The notes under the pieces were generated by a model. That model had not been told where the DNA came from. It made no database searches and worked only from the letters and a program-made list of their open reading frames with translations. The position numbers were made by a program, and so were the translations under genes. A stretch of DNA of 64,000 nucleotides from a virus. Shown here piece after piece: positions 46,083 to 56,510 of the stretch (position 1 is the stretch's first letter; the number at the start of each line of letters is the position of its first letter). The stretch spans positions 1 to 64,000 of the IMG/VR virus record IMGVR_UViG_3300027747_001390; one strand, given 5' to 3'.

Positions 46083-47450
46083 ATGGCTCCAAGGATGGAG
46101 CCGTGGCCTCACCAAGGGGCTGCGGCGGCGTGGCTCTCTGCACGCAAATACGGTTTTCTGAATCACGAAATGGGCTGCGGCAAGACGCTTGTAGCCATTT
46201 TGGCGACGGCAGGATGCCGAAACACGCTCGTGGTCTGCCCGATTGCAGTCGGACCAGCATGGATTGCACAGGTCGCATCATCGGGCGACTCTCGCCGGGT
46301 CTGCCTAGCCGTCGAAGGATCGGCGGCTAGGCGGGCCGAGCGTATCAAAGAGGCTCTTTCTGGCGACGAGCCTACGATCGTAGTCATCAACTACGATTCC
46401 GTATGGAGGACTGAGATCGCGAAAGTGATCGCAGGGACTCAGTGGGACGCGATCGTTCTCGACGAGTCCCACCGGATAAAGAGTCACACCGGCAAGGCCT
46501 CGAAGTTTCTGTGCAAGCTGGCAGAGCGTCAGCCGCAAGCCAAGCGGCTCTGCCTGTCCGGTACTCCGACGCCGAAAGACCCGCTCGACTGGTACGCACA
46601 ACTCAAGTTTCTTGATCCTGAGATTCTTGGCTGTTCGTATCCGGCCTTTCGCAACAGGATCGCCAACACGCACCCGAAATACCCCGGTTGGGTCGTCAAC
46701 TTCAAGAAGGAGGGTCTCGACGCCCTTCGCGAGCGGATCGACCAGCACGTGCATCGAGTCCAGAGCGGCGACGTTCTCGATCTGCCCGAGGCGATCCACA
46801 CGGTGATCGAGGTCGAGATCACTGGCAAGACTCGCCAGTTCTACGACTCCCTTGAGAACGACATGGTCGCGTTCCTCGACGGCGAGCCGGTTACGGCGGC
46901 GAATCAGCTTGTCGTGGTAAGCAGGCTTCGCACAGCGGCAGGCGGCTACAGTCGCATCGACGGCGGCAGCGAGTTTCAGTTGATCGACGGGACTCCTGCC
47001 AAGTCTTCGACGTTCGCAGACTGGCTGGAGGACTTCCCGCAACGCACGCCTCTCGTGGTTTTCTGCTCGTTCGTCCGCGACATCGAAGAGGTCGTCTCCC
47101 AGTGTCGCAAGGCAGGCAGGAGCGTGTCTCAGCTTCGAGGCGGTACGAACCAACTCGCGGCGTGGCAGGTCGGTGAGACAGACGTGATCGTGATCCAGCA
47201 GCAGTCTGGCGGCGCGGGGATCGACTGCACCCGCGCGAGTCACTGCGTGTACTACTCCTGCGGACACAGCTTGGGCGACTTCGACCAAAGCCTTGCGAGG
47301 CTCCGCAGGCCGGGCCAGAAGCACACGTGCCGCTACTACCACTTTGTAGTCAGGAACACGGTCGAGGAGACGATCTACGAGGCACTGCAAAACAAGAGAG
47401 ACGTGGTTGAGGAAGTTTTATCAAGGCTTACACGGAGGGTTGGCAAATGA
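46083..47450 (+). CDS. SNF2-family (SF2) helicase
   Basis: MGCGKT, DESH, LSGTP, Q..ARL.RPGQ. Confidence 0.92.
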   Translation: MAPRMEPWPHQGAAAAWLSARKYGFLNHEMGCGKTLVAILATAGCRNTLVVCPIAVGPAWIAQVASSGDSRRVCLAVEGSAARRAERIKEALSGDEPTIVVINYDSVWRTEIAKVIAGTQWDAIVLDESHRIKSHTGKASKFLCKLAERQPQAKRLCLSGTPTPKDPLDWYAQLKFLDPEILGCSYPAFRNRIANTHPKYPGWVVNFKKEGLDALRERIDQHVHRVQSGDVLDLPEAIHTVIEVEITGKTRQFYDSLENDMVAFLDGEPVTAANQLVVVSRLRTAAGGYSRIDGGSEFQLIDGTPAKSSTFADWLEDFPQRTPLVVFCSFVRDIEEVVSQCRKAGRSVSQLRGGTNQLAAWQVGETDVIVIQQQSGGAGIDCTRASHCVYYSCGHSLGDFDQSLARLRRPGQKHTCRYYHFVVRNTVEETIYEALQNKRDVVEEVLSRLTRRVGK

Positions 47451-48268
47451 GTAATAGTCTGGAAGTGATTTCCGACATGAGCAACGACGCGTATCACGGG
47501 CGAAAGTCGCACGTGAGTCGTTCGCAGGCGAGTCGGTATCGAGGCGTTCGCGGCGGAAGGGCGCAGCGTTACGAGGAGGTGAAGGGCGGCAAGCTCTTCG
47601 AGGGCAACGCTGGCACGTCGTTCGGGACGCTCGTGGACGTGGCCTTCGAGGCTGAGGCGAGGGGTCTCGACTGGAGGAGCCGTTGTGCGGTCGCGCCGCC
47701 GGAGGTGCTGACATCGAACGGACAGAGGCGTGGCAATGCGTTCACGGCTTGGAAGGAAAGCCTTCCGGCCGGTGCGATCGAGTGCAGCGTGGCCGACTTC
47801 GTCAAGGTGGCCGACATCATCGAGTCGCTTCGTGAACACAAGATCGCGAATCAACTCTTGGAGTCGATCAAGCACACGCAATACAGCGTGTTCTGGACTG
47901 ACGAAGACGGGCATGATCGCAAGGCACGCCCGGACGGACTCAACGACGACGAGTGGTTCGATCTCAAGACGACGAGCAGCGAGTTCAGCAAGCTCAAGTA
48001 TTCGTTCCGCGAGTTTGCCTATAACTGGCAAGCGGCTTGGTACACCGACGCGGCGATCGCCGCAGGCTGGAAGCCGTTCAGGTTCCGCTTCATCGTTGTG
48101 CAGACCTTCGCGCCTTATGACGTGGCTGTGTTCAGCCTCGAAGACGAGGCGATCGAGAACGCACGCCACGAGATCAAGAAGACTCTGGCGGACATCAAGT
48201 ATCGCCGAGAGTCGGGCATCTACGTGCCTGACCAGTATCACGCGGAACAAGTGTTGCAGTTGGGTTGA
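47447..48268 (+). CDS. RecE/DUF3799-like PD-(D/E)XK exonuclease
   Basis: SN..YH, KARPD, DLKTT, Y..QAAWY. Confidence 0.85.
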   Translation: MSNSLEVISDMSNDAYHGRKSHVSRSQASRYRGVRGGRAQRYEEVKGGKLFEGNAGTSFGTLVDVAFEAEARGLDWRSRCAVAPPEVLTSNGQRRGNAFTAWKESLPAGAIECSVADFVKVADIIESLREHKIANQLLESIKHTQYSVFWTDEDGHDRKARPDGLNDDEWFDLKTTSSEFSKLKYSFREFAYNWQAAWYTDAAIAAGWKPFRFRFIVVQTFAPYDVAVFSLEDEAIENARHEIKKTLADIKYRRESGIYVPDQYHAEQVLQLG

Positions 48269-48324
48269 TATCGAGTCGGACAGTCCGACTCGACTGGTTC
48301 GGTAGGCTTAGGAGGATGATCACC

Positions 48325-49068
48325 ATGGCAAATGCCATTGCGACGGTTGGTTCATTCGGTCTCTCGGTGAATGGCGGCGATTTCCGCCGCAGCGAGCAGA
48401 CCTTCGTGAAGATTCCGGGGGGAGGTGTGACCAAGTGGAGTTGGTCGACCATCCTCGGAGATCAGGTTGAGAGCGAGATCACGGGTGTGATCGTCGCTCT
48501 GAGCGAGGTGCAGCACGACCTGTGGCCGCATCAGGGCACGGCTGCTGAGAAGTCGAGCCCGTACATGCGGAGCCTCGACGGCAAGACGGCGACGATCGTC
48601 GGCGACGATGCCGGTGATCTCGACGTCAAGGAGATCGAGGCTGCGAGGATCGCGGGTACGGATACCTACGATTGCTCGAAGATCAGCTACTTCCTCTGGG
48701 AGAAGCAGGGTGATCGCAACATCCCGCCGCGTGCCAACGCGACGAGCGTGATCGGCATCCTGCGTCCGGGCGAGTCGGCCCCCCTGTTCATTCGGCTCTC
48801 GAAGACGAGCAGTCCGAAGGTGCAGGAATTCGCCCGCAAGCTGCGTGGTCAGGGCGTGCAGCCCTACCAGTGCGTGGTCTCGCTGGGTCTGGAGAAGGTG
48901 ACGGGCGGCAAGGCGAACTACAGCCGTGTCGTGCCGAAATTCGTGTCTCCTGCCCCGGCCGAGATGGTCGAGGCGTTCCGGGCCTACTTCGTCGAAGTCT
49001 CGCCGAAGCTGCGTGGCTCGCTGGAGAAGTACGTGGGCAAGGCCTCGACCGACGCGGTGCCTTTCTAG
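48325..49068 (+). CDS. Putative ssDNA-binding/annealing protein
   Basis: Follows the exonuclease; VKIPGGG; C-terminal DAVPF tail. Confidence 0.6.
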   Translation: MANAIATVGSFGLSVNGGDFRRSEQTFVKIPGGGVTKWSWSTILGDQVESEITGVIVALSEVQHDLWPHQGTAAEKSSPYMRSLDGKTATIVGDDAGDLDVKEIEAARIAGTDTYDCSKISYFLWEKQGDRNIPPRANATSVIGILRPGESAPLFIRLSKTSSPKVQEFARKLRGQGVQPYQCVVSLGLEKVTGGKANYSRVVPKFVSPAPAEMVEAFRAYFVEVSPKLRGSLEKYVGKASTDAVPF

Positions 49069-49094
49069 TCGATAGTACGGACTCGTGTTCTTTC

Positions 49095-49136
49095 GCCCGG
49101 CCGGATCGGGGCTGTCCCATCCGGCCGGGCATTTCT
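49095..49136 (+). terminator. Hairpin, probable terminator
   Basis: 12-bp stem GCCCGGCCGGAT/ATCCGGCCGGGC then a T-rich tract. Confidence 0.55.
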
Positions 49137-49167
49137 CACCATTTTTCATTAATCCAAGGAGGGTTTC

Positions 49168-50766
49168 GTGGAATACCGCGCACAGGAAGTGTTTCAGGCG
49201 GCGGCGGCAGTCGCTCGCAAGGGTTGGAAGGTCGTCAGGCTGTTCGGAGTTCGAGACAACGCGACTTGCACTTGCCACAAGGGGAAAGACTGCGGCACGC
49301 CCGGAAAGCATCCGGCTGGTGGTGCAGACTGGCCCGCTCGTGCAACTGACGACGAGGACGAGATCAGCGACTGGTTTCACTACGGCGATGACAACGAGAA
49401 TATGCGTGTCAACGTCGGAGTGAGACTTGGCAAGGCCAGCGGCATTGTGGACGTCGAGATCGACGGCCCGGAGGCTGAGGAGACTCTCAAGAAATACGGA
49501 CTCGACGCGATCGAGACTCCGACATACCGGGCATCGCGAGGGTGTCACCGGATTTTCAGGTACGAGGACGATCTTCCTGACGTTGGCGTGGTGAAGGTCG
49601 ACCAGCTTGAGGTGAGACTTGGCGGTGGCGGCAAGGCCGCGCAGAGTGTCATGCCGTCGTCGTGGCACCGCACTGGAATCCAGTATCTCTGGCTCCCCGG
49701 CCTGTCTCCGGAAGAGGTCGAGCCAGCACCGCTTCCGGCAGAGTTTAAGGCGGCTGTTAAGGCGAACTCGAAGAAAGGCGGCTCCGGATCGATTGTTCAG
49801 GCTATCGACGTCGTCCGAGACGATCGTCAGGTCACTGCGGGTGGACGTCACGGGTTCCTAGTCGGCTACGCCTCGCGTCTGGCTCGCACGATCAAGGACT
49901 TCACCGACGCCGACCGGCGGGAACTGACCAACATCCTCTCAGCCTGCAACCAGCGTTTCTGCTCGCCTGCGAAGACGGAGGACGAGGTCGAGCGGATTGC
50001 CGGTGACCAGTTCAATCACTACCGGGATCGTGCCGCAGAGAGGCGTGCCGGGAGACTGTTCGAGCGTTACGGTCTGCGGTGGGACGCCGAGACTCGCGAG
50101 TACGAGGCTGGAGAATGGAAGGTCACTGTCGTTCACTCTGACCCGATCGAGTATCGGCTTCGGTTCCCGTTCGAGGGGCGGACGATCTCGGCCTCTCTCG
50201 ACGCTCGCCAGTTTCCAGAGTCGAAGGACGTCGCTGCGGCTGTTCTGGCGGCTTCTGGCAAGATCAACCTCAGAGACCCCCACAACTCACGCTGGCATGA
50301 AATCTGGGTTGGGTACACCATCCAGAACGACGACGGAGACAGGGACGTGAGGGGACTCATGTCGAAGCTCCTCGAAGAGGCTGACGAAGAATGGCCGTCG
50401 GTGGACGCTTGCTCGTGGAGCCAGCACGCCGCCTTCCTGATTGCCTATCTGAGGCCTTTCTCGCGGTCTGACGACGACGAGGAAGTCCTCCCCTGCCCCG
50501 ATGGCACCCCAAAGTGGATCAAGTCTGAGGATGGCACGTGGAGCCTTTATTTTAAATGGAACGAGTTGTGTGCCGCCGCGTGGCGATCTGCAAAGGCTGG
50601 CATCCCCACGCTCAAGGAGAAGACGAAGCTCAAGCGGCACATTCTTCACGAGGCTGGCCTCGAAGACTTTATTGACAAGAAGTTCACCGTGAATGCGAAG
50701 CCCGGTCGCTGGATCGTCTGGACTGATCAGCACATGGCCGCGCTCGATCGGCTGACCGGCGCGTAG
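49168..50766 (+). CDS. Bifunctional primase-polymerase (prim-pol) domain protein
   Basis: CTC...C..PGKHP, ATDD, NVGV..G, VDVEID, G.H, SVMPSS.H. Confidence 0.85.
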   Translation: MEYRAQEVFQAAAAVARKGWKVVRLFGVRDNATCTCHKGKDCGTPGKHPAGGADWPARATDDEDEISDWFHYGDDNENMRVNVGVRLGKASGIVDVEIDGPEAEETLKKYGLDAIETPTYRASRGCHRIFRYEDDLPDVGVVKVDQLEVRLGGGGKAAQSVMPSSWHRTGIQYLWLPGLSPEEVEPAPLPAEFKAAVKANSKKGGSGSIVQAIDVVRDDRQVTAGGRHGFLVGYASRLARTIKDFTDADRRELTNILSACNQRFCSPAKTEDEVERIAGDQFNHYRDRAAERRAGRLFERYGLRWDAETREYEAGEWKVTVVHSDPIEYRLRFPFEGRTISASLDARQFPESKDVAAAVLAASGKINLRDPHNSRWHEIWVGYTIQNDDGDRDVRGLMSKLLEEADEEWPSVDACSWSQHAAFLIAYLRPFSRSDDDEEVLPCPDGTPKWIKSEDGTWSLYFKWNELCAAAWRSAKAGIPTLKEKTKLKRHILHEAGLEDFIDKKFTVNAKPGRWIVWTDQHMAALDRLTGA

Positions 50767-50930
50767 GAATGTGCGATCTCCTATAGGGCAGTTTTTTTTT
50801 ACAACTCCTGTCAGACCAGATTCCTACATTCCTAAAAAAAGCTGAAACCGAAAGTCTTGTAAACAAAGAATTTAAGTTGCCCTATAGAGGGAATCTACTA
50901 AAAGCTCGCTCAGGTTCATCAGATTCCAAA
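50764..50930. other. AT-rich region with inverted repeats, candidate replication origin
   Basis: TAGGAATGT/ACATTCCTA; CTATAGGGCA/TGCCCTATAG; T9 and A7 runs. Confidence 0.45.
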
Positions 50931-50948
50931 AACAAGGAGATAGGCAAT

Positions 50949-52616
50949 ATGCGGAGGGTAGAGAGGCATCTGGGCGGTCCCGGCACCGGAAAGACCCGTC
51001 TTATTCTCGATCGTTTGAGTGAGACTAAAGTCGAGTTCGGTCTGAGCGTCCACGAGATCGGGCTTTGCACGTTCACGCGGGCAGGGCGGCAGGAGCTTTC
51101 GGAGCGTGCGGCTGCTGAGTGGGGATGCGATCCTGAGACCCTGACCAAGCATGGCTGGTTCAGAACCGCGCACTCAATCGCTCACCGTCAGTGCGGCATC
51201 GAGGAGGGGCAGTTGCTCGAAGGCAGCGAGGGTGCTGAGTGGATCGGCAACGCTGTTGGAGGTAAGGTCGCCACCCGATTCGATCCTCGCAGCCGGGAGG
51301 TCAGCTTCGTCTCCGGTGACGGCGACGACGGCCTGACGCTGGGCCTGAAGGCATGGGACTTGGCGAGAGCCAACATGACCAGCCTGAAGAGCGTTCTGAG
51401 GCGGTGGGCGGTCGCTGGAGAGCGGGTGCCTGACGAGTCAGGTGTCCGCCGCTATGTCGAGCGGTACGAGCAGGCAAAGCGGCGGGAGGGCCGCGCGGAC
51501 TACACGGACATCATTGCGAGGTTTGCCGGGATCAGGTTCGCGATCGATGGGCCGCAGGAGGTCGATCCCGAGGGGGAAGTGCCTGCCAGCATCCGTGCCT
51601 TGGCGATCGACGAGGCTCAGGACTCGTCTGTTCTGGTCGATCGAGTCTGTCGGAGGATGGCCGAGAGTCCGTTCGTCGAGCGAGTGTTCCTGAGCGGGGA
51701 CGCTTACCAGAGTATCTACAGCTTCAACGGCAGCGACTACCGGCTCTTCCTGAACTGGGATGCCGAAGAGTTCGTGATGCCTAGAAGCTACCGATGCCCG
51801 CCGGTCGTGATGGAACTGGGAGAACGCTGCATTCGCAGAATGCGTCACGGCTACCGGGATCGCCACATTCAGCCAGCGTCACATTCCGGCCACGTCCGAA
51901 GGGCTGGCTCACCTGAGCAAGCGATCGCTGCTATCAAGCCTGACGAGTCTGTCCTAATCCTTGGAAGGTGCGGTTTCGCCCTTCACGAGTACGAGGACAT
52001 CCTCCGCAGCCGGGGCATCCCGTACACGTGGATCGATCGCGTCGGAAGTGCGGTCGAAATGTCTGGATACGGCTGCTTGTGGGCGTTGCAGCACGGCAAG
52101 GTCGTCCACCACGACGACTGGGCGAACGCTATTTCGATGATTCAGGTCGCCGACAAGGACGTCGGTCAGTTGCTGATTCGAGGCGAGAAGCAGGCATGGA
52201 AGAAAGGCCTTCGCTCTCAGGTCGATATCATCCGACCGGTCGATGAAGATTTCGCACTCGCGGGAGCCACCGAGACGTTTGCTCAGATCGTCCGCGAGGG
52301 ACGGTGGCCTGCCTTCCTCGACAAGTCTCACTCTCAGAAGGCAGAGAGGTGGGTCGAAGCGGCGAAGAAGTTCGGACCCGAGACAGCCTGCAACCCGAAA
52401 GTCAGACTCTCGACGATCCACGGCGCGAAAGGGTGCGAAGGCGACACGGTGATCCTGTCGACAGTCTCAAGCCCTGCGGTGGAGCGTGGGCGGCAGGCTA
52501 TCGACGAGCTTCACGACGAAGAGTGTCGCGTGAACTACGTGGCTGTGACACGTGCCCGGAGAGACTTGTGGATCGTGAATGACGGAGACAGGTACGCGAT
52601 GGAAATTCCAGCATGA
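50949..52616 (+). CDS. UvrD/Rep-like SF1 helicase
   Basis: GGPGTGKT, FT, DEAQD, GD..QSIY.F.G, SYRCP, STIHGAKG.E, YVAVTRAR. Confidence 0.92.
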   Translation: MRRVERHLGGPGTGKTRLILDRLSETKVEFGLSVHEIGLCTFTRAGRQELSERAAAEWGCDPETLTKHGWFRTAHSIAHRQCGIEEGQLLEGSEGAEWIGNAVGGKVATRFDPRSREVSFVSGDGDDGLTLGLKAWDLARANMTSLKSVLRRWAVAGERVPDESGVRRYVERYEQAKRREGRADYTDIIARFAGIRFAIDGPQEVDPEGEVPASIRALAIDEAQDSSVLVDRVCRRMAESPFVERVFLSGDAYQSIYSFNGSDYRLFLNWDAEEFVMPRSYRCPPVVMELGERCIRRMRHGYRDRHIQPASHSGHVRRAGSPEQAIAAIKPDESVLILGRCGFALHEYEDILRSRGIPYTWIDRVGSAVEMSGYGCLWALQHGKVVHHDDWANAISMIQVADKDVGQLLIRGEKQAWKKGLRSQVDIIRPVDEDFALAGATETFAQIVREGRWPAFLDKSHSQKAERWVEAAKKFGPETACNPKVRLSTIHGAKGCEGDTVILSTVSSPAVERGRQAIDELHDEECRVNYVAVTRARRDLWIVNDGDRYAMEIPA

Positions 52617-53086
52617 ATTTTCTTTTCGACACGTCGCCGATCGAGGACAACGACGGCAAGAAAAAAAAGAAGTCTCGCCGCAAGGAGGAGCCTGTCGTGC
52701 AGGCTCTCGCCCCGGTGGTCGTCGAGGAGCTTCAGCCGATCACCGTCCTTGTCAGCATCGACGGGCACTACTCCTGCGACCGATGCGGACTGACGGTCCT
52801 CGACCTCCTCGACATTCGCAAAACCGAAGGCGGCACGAAGTGGCTCGTGTCCTGCGGCTGGTGGTGCCTGCACTCGTGGCTCGTCGATCCGATCCCCGGC
52901 CTGCTCGACAAGGAAGATCGCAAACAGGCTGCGGACGTCTTCAGGATGCGTGGCGGACGCTTCGACGGCAAGAGCTTCGACGAAATCGCTGCTGCTGACG
53001 CTCGCTGGTACATCGAGTCACTCGTGACGGTATCGAAGAGAACAGCCGTCTCGGACGCCGCGAAAAAATGGCTTGACACTCATTGA
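52613..53086 (+). CDS. Zn-ribbon hypothetical protein
   Basis: CDRCG, CGWWC, GRFDGK. Confidence 0.6.
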   Translation: MNFLFDTSPIEDNDGKKKKKSRRKEEPVVQALAPVVVEELQPITVLVSIDGHYSCDRCGLTVLDLLDIRKTEGGTKWLVSCGWWCLHSWLVDPIPGLLDKEDRKQAADVFRMRGGRFDGKSFDEIAAADARWYIESLVTVSKRTAVSDAAKKWLDTH

Positions 53087-53131
53087 TTTGTACGGATACT
53101 CACCCACGCACTGCATTTCAAAGGAGTGAAA

Positions 53132-53599
53132 ATGCCCAAGCCTCTGCCCGGCGTCGTTGACGCGTTGAACGCTGGCCTCCGGAATCACTGGACTCAGATT
53201 CTGCTCTACGAGTCGCAGGCCGCTCACCTCGCCCGCTGGGGTTACAAGAAGCTTGGCGTCGAGTTTCTTGCCTACGCCGAAGAGGAACGCGAACACGCTC
53301 GCAAGGTCATCCAGCGTCTTGAGTTCTTCGACGCTCAGCCCGGATACGAGTTCGAGCAGCCGATCTGGCCTCGTCACGATTTCGAGGGCATCCTCGAAGT
53401 GAACTACACGCTAGACCAGACCGCCGCAAACGCCGAAAGGTCTGGATACCTTCTCTGCGTTGAACTTGGTGACGCTGATACCGCGACGATCTTCGCCGAT
53501 CTCTTGAGGGGCAGCGAGAACGGCATGGCCGAGATCGAGGCCGCTCGCCTCGTGATCGATCAGATCGGTCTCGACAACTATCTGGCGAACCAGACGTGA
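53132..53599 (+). CDS. bfr: Bacterioferritin-like protein with altered ferroxidase and heme residues
   Basis: WGYKKL, EEEREHA..I.R, IGLDNYL. Confidence 0.8.
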   Translation: MPKPLPGVVDALNAGLRNHWTQILLYESQAAHLARWGYKKLGVEFLAYAEEEREHARKVIQRLEFFDAQPGYEFEQPIWPRHDFEGILEVNYTLDQTAANAERSGYLLCVELGDADTATIFADLLRGSENGMAEIEAARLVIDQIGLDNYLANQT

Positions 53600-54855
53600 T
53601 CATCATGGCATCGCAGAAGATCATCCAAAGCGACTGCCTAGACGGGCTTCGGACTCTTGCCGACGGCAGCATCCATTGCTGCGTCACGTCGCCGCCCTAC
53701 TGGGGCTTGCGTGACTACGGGCACGAAGGGCAGATCGGACTTGAGGGCACGCCTGACGCCTACGTTGCTCGCATGGTAGAGGTGTTCCGCGAGGTGCGGC
53801 GAGTACTGCGTGACGATGGGACTTGCTGGGTGAATTTGGGCGACTCTTACGCCGCAGCACCGGCAGGCAAGTGTTCCAACCCGCACGCCAAAAGCGGCTT
53901 GGCTGGAGTCAAGACTCAAGGCGTCGCTCGAAAGCACAAAGAATCATGGAACTCAGCAAAGGCGTCTGGACTAAAACAGAAAGACCTCGTCGGCATCCCG
54001 TGGCGTGTCGCCTTCGCCTTGCAGGCTGACGGCTGGTGGTTGCGGCAGGACATCATCTGGCACAAGCCAAACCCGATGCCCGAGAGCGTGCGTGACCGAT
54101 GCACCAAGGCACACGAGTACGTCTTTCTGCTGACGAAGAGCGGCCGATATTTCTATGACGCGGAGGCTGTGAGCGAGGAGTCTGTGACTGCTGCCGACGG
54201 TCGTGGATCAACAGAAGAGAGAAAGGCGTTGGGCCACCCCTCTCGATATGGAGACACTGCCGGTAAGGCCTCTCGTGGCGAGGGCTGGTCAATGCCGTCG
54301 CTCTCCCCAAAAGCGTCGGGCCGCAACCGCCGCTCTGTATGGAAGATCGCCACTAAGTCATACCGAGGCGCACACTTCGCCACGATGCCTCCTCAGCTTG
54401 CAGAAACGTGCCTGCGGGCTGGTACGAGCGAGGCTGGATGTTGCTCGCTGTGCGGCACGCCTCACGAGCGTGTCGTCGATCGCAAGCGAGTCGCGACTCG
54501 TCCCGGCACAGACACGAAAGTCACTGGCGACACGATGACTGACGGCAACCGCGACCCGGAGCGGCACGTCACCACGACCACAACGACAGGCTGGCGTCCG
54601 ACGTGTAGCTGCAACGCTTCAGTGTCGCCATGCACTGTACTCGATCCGTTCGGCGGCTCAGGAACGACTCTGGCAGTTGCTGCCGAGCTTGGCCTGAACG
54701 GCATCGGCTTCGAGTTGAACGATGACTACATCGGACTCGCAGAAGAACGTATCGCCAAGTCGCGAGACAAGGCTCCGCTATTCATCGGACCACCATGTCC
54801 GAAAGGTGCTGCGTTCATCGGCACCAGTGGTCGCCAAGCCGGGGGTGGCGTGTAA
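53596..54855 (+). CDS. DNA methyltransferase, N4/N6 beta-class
   Basis: VTSPPYWGLRDY, IIWHKPN, HFATMP, VLDPFGGSGTT. Confidence 0.92.
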   Translation: MIIMASQKIIQSDCLDGLRTLADGSIHCCVTSPPYWGLRDYGHEGQIGLEGTPDAYVARMVEVFREVRRVLRDDGTCWVNLGDSYAAAPAGKCSNPHAKSGLAGVKTQGVARKHKESWNSAKASGLKQKDLVGIPWRVAFALQADGWWLRQDIIWHKPNPMPESVRDRCTKAHEYVFLLTKSGRYFYDAEAVSEESVTAADGRGSTEERKALGHPSRYGDTAGKASRGEGWSMPSLSPKASGRNRRSVWKIATKSYRGAHFATMPPQLAETCLRAGTSEAGCCSLCGTPHERVVDRKRVATRPGTDTKVTGDTMTDGNRDPERHVTTTTTTGWRPTCSCNASVSPCTVLDPFGGSGTTLAVAAELGLNGIGFELNDDYIGLAEERIAKSRDKAPLFIGPPCPKGAAFIGTSGRQAGGGV

Positions 54856-54943
54856 CCAAGGCAGTCGAGGCTTGTGTTTAACCTCAAGGTATCTTTCCGC
54901 GAGTGACTCGACCGTCTGCCTCACGTTACGAGGCCCAATACAC

Positions 54944-55192
54944 ATGATGGACGAACTAGCAGAACTCAACCCTGACGCCCTGCTCGCCGACGGCCTAGAA
55001 AAGGCTTTCGTTGGCTACACCGTCAATCACCACCACGCTCACGTCGCCGTCTATGACGTGCAGAAGTGCATCGACATCCTCGTCGAGCGTGACGGCATGA
55101 CTCACGAGGGGGCGGAAGAATTCTTGTCGTTTAACACGCTATCGGCATTCGTTGGTCCGAATGGGCCGATTTACGTGAGGTTCACGCAGTAG
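54944..55192 (+). CDS. Conserved phage hypothetical protein
   Basis: ADG...A.VG...AVYD...GMT.E.A.EF..FN....VG..P. Confidence 0.7.
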   Translation: MMDELAELNPDALLADGLEKAFVGYTVNHHHAHVAVYDVQKCIDILVERDGMTHEGAEEFLSFNTLSAFVGPNGPIYVRFTQ

Positions 55193-55201
55193 GAAAACGC
55201 T

Positions 55202-55729
55202 ATGCAGAGGCGACTGATCTCACTGAGCGACGATCAAAAAAGTGCCCTGCACCTTGCCATTATGGTTTTGCAGTTCTTGGCAAGGAGGCCCGATGCGATT
55301 GGCAGGCTGATGACGGCTATTGGCGGATTTATTTTTGAAGAGTGGCTTGAGTCGCAGGCGCAAGAGGAAAAGCTTTCCTATCAAGATATGTCTCACTTGC
55401 ATCTTCCCTATGACTTCATCATCAACGGCCATCGAGTCCAAGCCAAGAGCAGTGGGAGCGTTAGTGGCTCCGTCGACGTGAGGCCTACTCGACCCGTAGT
55501 AGGATCGAATTGTCGAAGATATAAGCAGGAGAGCTTCGACGTTTTGGCGGTCCACTTGGCCGCATACGACGAGAAGTATTTTATTCCTGTCGAGGGCTTT
55601 AAATGTGAAGAGTTCGACGGAATGGTGAAGGGTTCTTTTGTGCGGGAGCGGTGCTTTCAGTGGAAGGACGCATGGCATGTGATAAACGGAGCGAGCGGGC
55701 CGCACGTAATCCAGAAGACGTTGTTTTAG
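55202..55729 (+). CDS. PD-(D/E)XK-like nuclease
   Basis: PYD...VQAKS...Y....FD; AT-richer. Confidence 0.55.
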   Translation: MQRRLISLSDDQKSALHLAIMVLQFLARRPDAIGRLMTAIGGFIFEEWLESQAQEEKLSYQDMSHLHLPYDFIINGHRVQAKSSGSVSGSVDVRPTRPVVGSNCRRYKQESFDVLAVHLAAYDEKYFIPVEGFKCEEFDGMVKGSFVRERCFQWKDAWHVINGASGPHVIQKTLF

Positions 55730-55757
55730 AAGCGGCACGCAACGGAAAAGAAGCCTC

Positions 55758-56510
55758 ATGTCCGTAAAATCACTCGCCCGAAAACACGTCACCTACAGCG
55801 ACCTCCTCGCCGACGGCGAAAACCCGTTTTCGTCGAACAAAGTCACCGGCCACTCTCTGAACGTCCCGATCATCGGCACATGCACGCCGTCGATTGTCTG
55901 TGCTGAGACGTGCTACTTCGCCAAAGGCCCATCCACGTGGACGGCATCTCTCAAGAAGCAGCACCGGCTGCTCAACTCGATCAAGGCCTCGCCGACGCAC
56001 ATGGCTGTGATCATCGCCGACTGGGTTCGCCGCCTGAAGCTCGACTACGTTCGTTGGAACGGTGGCGGAGACTTGTTCGCTGAGAGCGTCGACTGCATCA
56101 ACCGGGCCGCGCCCATGATGCCTGAAGTCCCGCAGTGGGTCGTGAGCAGGAAGCCCAAGCTGGCAGCGGCGATCGAGCCTGCCTCGAACGTCTACGTGCA
56201 TTTCTCGGTAGATAAGACGTCGTGGGATCGGCTCGAAGAGATGCAGAGCCTTGCTCCGGCCGGTCTGCAATGGTTCTGGAGTTACCAGTGCGACAAGGGC
56301 GAGACTCCGCCTGACCCGATGGTCGCGCCGGTGATCTTCCGCGACGGCTACGATCCCAAGGGCGGGGAATTGTACGGAAACGATTGCCCTTTGAATGCAA
56401 ACGAAGATATCGCAGGCGTCTGCGGCAAATGCCAGCGTTGCTTTAACGGCTGGGCGATCGAGATCGCAAAAGAATGTCTCCCATATCTCCGAGAGCGGCA
56501 GGAGAAGTAG
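55758..56510 (+). CDS. Gp88-like Cys-cluster protein
   Basis: TC...C...CY..KG, VRWNGGGD, CP...C..C..C. Confidence 0.6.
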   Translation: MSVKSLARKHVTYSDLLADGENPFSSNKVTGHSLNVPIIGTCTPSIVCAETCYFAKGPSTWTASLKKQHRLLNSIKASPTHMAVIIADWVRRLKLDYVRWNGGGDLFAESVDCINRAAPMMPEVPQWVVSRKPKLAAAIEPASNVYVHFSVDKTSWDRLEEMQSLAPAGLQWFWSYQCDKGETPPDPMVAPVIFRDGYDPKGGELYGNDCPLNANEDIAGVCGKCQRCFNGWAIEIAKECLPYLRERQEK

